Shown here: in pieces, positions 61,617 to 64,000 of the stretch
Layout of the letters: the number at the start of each line of letters is the position of its first letter
Position numbering within the stretch: the stretch's first letter is position 1
IMG/VR virus record: IMGVR_UViG_3300035698_010479
Span: 164,459 to 228,458 of that record
Length of the DNA stretch: 64,000 nucleotides
Reading direction: 5' to 3' (one strand)
The notes under the pieces: model-generated
What the model was told of the DNA's origin: nothing
Database searches by the model: none
Seen by the model: the letters and a program-made list of their open reading frames with translations, nothing else
Position numbers and translations under genes: made by a program

Positions 61617-61697
61617 ATACTTCTCCTTTTATTTTCTTTTGAAACAGCATTACCACCATGGTATTACTGTTGTATCTCCTCCTATAATTATACGTCA

Positions 61698-61706
61698 GTT
61701 AGTTTA
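61698..61706 (-). promoter_or_regulatory. TAAACTAAC motif (representative copy; see findings)
   Basis: Same 9-mer at 33649, 37740, 43464, 56042 and 57106; here followed by TATAAT and AGGAGG. Confidence 0.5.
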
Positions 61707-62038
61707 TTATACTTTTAAGTTTTGGGCTTTTCGACGGACATTTAGTACTCTTCTCATCACGACCACTAACATTTGTTAACCGGCGCTAGAGGGGATAAAA
61801 CAGTACCACCCTTCCACGTAGCACAAGTACCATAGCTAGGTGTACCAAGTGCACCAATAAGAACGTAGGAAATCATTAAGAGCTGCAGTACTTACCTTAC
61901 TACTACTACTACTACTAACAAACGCTAATAGTACTTTGAAGACAAATACGCTGTTTCAAAAATAACTTCTCTGCTAGTAGTATAGTAGTATAGTAGTATA
62001 TGTATAGAGGGGTAAACATGGTAAGAGATGAGGGTGTG

Positions 62039-62104
62039 GTAGTAATAAATATAGTACTTAAAAGCTATAGTACTTAAAAGCTATAGTACTATATTTATTA
62101 CTAC
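62039..62104. repeat. perfect 20-bp inverted repeat enclosing 16-bp tandem repeats
   Basis: GTAGTAATAAATATAGTACT (62039-62058) / AGTACTATATTTATTACTAC (62085-62104); ATAGTACTTAAAAGCT x2. Confidence 0.88.
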
Positions 62105-62174
62105 TATAAGTTGGTGGTTGCTAATAATTGTACAATAAGTAAATAGGGCTGTCTCGTATAGTAAGAACAATTTT

Positions 62175-62993
62175 TTATAATGTTATAATCATGCGTATTT
62201 CTACGGGTGGTACAACACTAGCGTCTGGTGGTATTACTTCATCTAATGTGAATATATAATTAGGTGATTTAGGGCTTTCAGTATCGTCTATATAAACGGC
62301 CGCCATAGTAAAATTAGTAGTATTATGTGTCAGTACAATACCATCACACTCCATCGACGATGTAGGTACCAAATTGATTGAAATTTCATGAGGATATGCT
62401 TTAGCAGTTGGACTCCATTGAGTATGCCATAAAGTTTCTGGTATACCATCAAAGGCATTAGAAGCCTTGCCATCCTCTTTTGCTGTTTCTTCACTATCAA
62501 CAAAAGTAATACTCCATGGGACATCTGGTAGTTTAGTACCTGCAGCATCTGTAGTTTCATACAACACTTTTAATTCGGCCAAGCTTGTCCATGCCCCGCC
62601 GTTTATTTCACTAAGAGCAACGAGTCTCAAAAATTTACCAATTACTGGTGTGAATAAAACCTCTTTTTCAGTCATAGCTTTATCAAATGCCCCTTTAGCT
62701 ACCGGAATTCCCCAATTTACTCCATCGATACTAGTGTATATTTCATAATTTGCAATAGTTCCGTTGACTCCTCCATCTTGTCTGGGTAAATATTTGATAC
62801 CTCTTATCTTTGTGATGTCGTTACTTATAGAGTTACACACAGGAAGTCCCTCTTGGTATAGTCTATAACTCTTAACAGTTCTACCTGTTGCAGACACAGC
62901 TGAGAAGTCCACCTGAAGGGTTTTTATAGCGGCAGCTGTTGCAAAAGAACCCAAACTTACTAGCACTAACAATAACATAATAATTCGTTTCAT
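62175..62993 (-). CDS. exported protein with a circularly permuted F5/8 type C (discoidin) domain
   Basis: Signal peptide; YLPRQDG..NG.I..YEIY.S.DG.NW...AEL precedes W.I..VDSEE..EDG.ASNAFDG...T.WHT.W...PHEI. Confidence 0.78.
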   Translation of the reverse strand: MKRIIMLLLVLVSLGSFATAAAIKTLQVDFSAVSATGRTVKSYRLYQEGLPVCNSISNDITKIRGIKYLPRQDGGVNGTIANYEIYTSIDGVNWGIPVAKGAFDKAMTEKEVLFTPVIGKFLRLVALSEINGGAWTSLAELKVLYETTDAAGTKLPDVPWSITFVDSEETAKEDGKASNAFDGIPETLWHTQWSPTAKAYPHEISINLVPTSSMECDGIVLTHNTTNFTMAAVYIDDTESPKSPNYIFTLDEVIPPDASVVPPVEIRMIITL

Positions 62994-63277
62994 ATGGCCC
63001 CCAAATAAATTTTTATCTTACAATAATAAAGTTAAATAAAGGTGGTGGTCGAGTTGCTTAAAATACTAGAAATTTATATTTATAGGCACCCTTATAGTGA
63101 TACAGCCTTATTAGGGATTCTTTCGTTTTTATAGGGGGAGTTCTTTGTTTGGAAGAGTTATAGTGGTACTCTTTCTTTGAGAGTAATTAAGCTCATTTTG
63201 CAGTTTTTAACTAAACTGCTTTAAATATTTTTATTTCTGGGGTATTTGACCCCCTCCCCCCCCCTAAGGAGCCTCCC

Positions 63278-63532
63278 ATGTCTGAAATCATCCTTGTTGC
63301 ATCAAAAAAGAACATTTTCATGTCTTCTGACAAAACTGTCGTTGCAGACCTGTCGGTCTACGATGATGCAATGCTTCTTACTACCAAAAAAGGTAAATAC
63401 GTCCTTAAACAGGATGGTATTGCTGAATTTCCATCTTATTCCACCTTTTACAGCGGTGGTGTAGACATCAGTGGCCGTCTTTATGAGGTACAGGTGGAAG
63501 TTATGAAGCGTACCGCGGTACTGTCTTGGTAG
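63278..63532 (+). CDS. small hypothetical protein, probable early gene
   Basis: 84 aa, AAGGAG RBS, own terminator. Confidence 0.75.
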   Translation: MSEIILVASKKNIFMSSDKTVVADLSVYDDAMLLTTKKGKYVLKQDGIAEFPSYSTFYSGGVDISGRLYEVQVEVMKRTAVLSW

Positions 63533-63538
63533 CCCATC

Positions 63539-63573
63539 AATAGGACCAGCTTTTATAGTGGTCCTATTTTTTT
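63539..63573 (+). terminator. intrinsic terminator
   Basis: AATAGGACCA...TGGTCCTATT followed by a T-run. Confidence 0.82.
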
Positions 63574-63637
63574 GAAGGAGCTAACATATCGTTGGCTCTA
63601 AAAAACCAAAGCAGCCAAGGCTGCAAAGGAGTTCGCC

Positions 63638-63955
63638 ATGACTTACTCAAAAGATTTCGGAACCCTGAACCTCATCGGTTGTTACTTAGTTAACGGTGAT
63701 CCTGTTCAGGCCAAGACACAAGAGGTATCCAAGATTACCCACTTCGTGGATAATGTTGATGAGCCCAAGGTGTCTATAGACCTTACCAAGCGCTACCTTT
63801 TGGTTTCGCCTAACGGTAAGTCGATGCCTACCTCTATTGGTATACAAACCAAGAAAGGCACGAAGTATACCTATAACCAGAATGGTTACTTCATCGAGGC
63901 TCAGCTCAAGAAAATGGTAGGTACTATGACCTACACCAGGGGTGTTACCAAGTAA
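63638..63955 (+). CDS. small hypothetical protein, probable early gene
   Basis: 105 aa, AAGGAG RBS, own terminator. Confidence 0.78.
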   Translation: MTYSKDFGTLNLIGCYLVNGDPVQAKTQEVSKITHFVDNVDEPKVSIDLTKRYLLVSPNGKSMPTSIGIQTKKGTKYTYNQNGYFIEAQLKKMVGTMTYTRGVTK

Positions 63956-63960
63956 CCCTT

Positions 63961-63998
63961 ACTGTACCGCTGCCTTCGGGTAGTGGTACAGTTTTTTT
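63961..63998 (+). terminator. intrinsic terminator with cUUCGg tetraloop
   Basis: ACTGTACCGCTGCC-TTCG-GGTAGTGGTACAGT-TTTTTT. Confidence 0.92.
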
Positions 63999-64000
63999 GA

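Noticed and set aside
61750-61880. 36-aa minus-strand ORF (MISYVLIGALGTPSYG...)
   Set aside because: Too short, with no clear RBS; cannot be supported
63246-63270. TTGACC...TAAGGA as a sigma70 promoter
   Set aside because: The spacer is only 13 nt and the putative -10 is the RBS
63246-63464. 72-aa plus-strand ORF overlapping 63278..63532
   Set aside because: Starts at TTG before a poly-C tract with no RBS, and overlaps a better-supported gene
1-64000. Stop-codon reassignment as in some large phages
   Set aside because: High coding density with the standard code, and a 22-kb ORF is uninterrupted

Overview
This window is part of a large, AT-rich tailed dsDNA phage genome (Caudoviricetes) that uses the standard code and strong AGGAG(G) ribosome-binding sites. 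Almost all of 1-62993 is a minus-strand gene block. In transcription order it holds a cluster of exported/membrane proteins, PIN-PhoH, a two-gene tail-fibre module, ClpP, GH24 lysozyme, a cold-shock protein, dNMP kinase and an HD protein. It continues with TerS, an intein-containing TerL, portal, prohead protease, scaffold, decoration protein, major capsid, head-tail proteins, tail tube, two tail chaperones, a 7473-aa tape measure protein and tail-tip genes. At ~63250 the strand flips to short, separately terminated, GC-richer genes that look like an early region. The main result is that the giant tape measure protein carries an apparently intact two-barrel RNA polymerase in its N-terminal half, with beta-like FED and GxK..R.GxKG motifs followed by beta-prime-like GKKG, RxP and DYDGD motifs. 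It is therefore a candidate tail-packaged virion RNAP, an arrangement known from Thermus phage P23-45. Other notable items are a tandem two-domain tail tube protein, paralogous tail chaperones in place of the usual frameshift pair, a recurring TAAACTAAC intergenic motif, an unclassified structured-RNA candidate, and a circularly permuted F5/8-type-C domain. All assignments come from motif reading by eye; no database searches were run.
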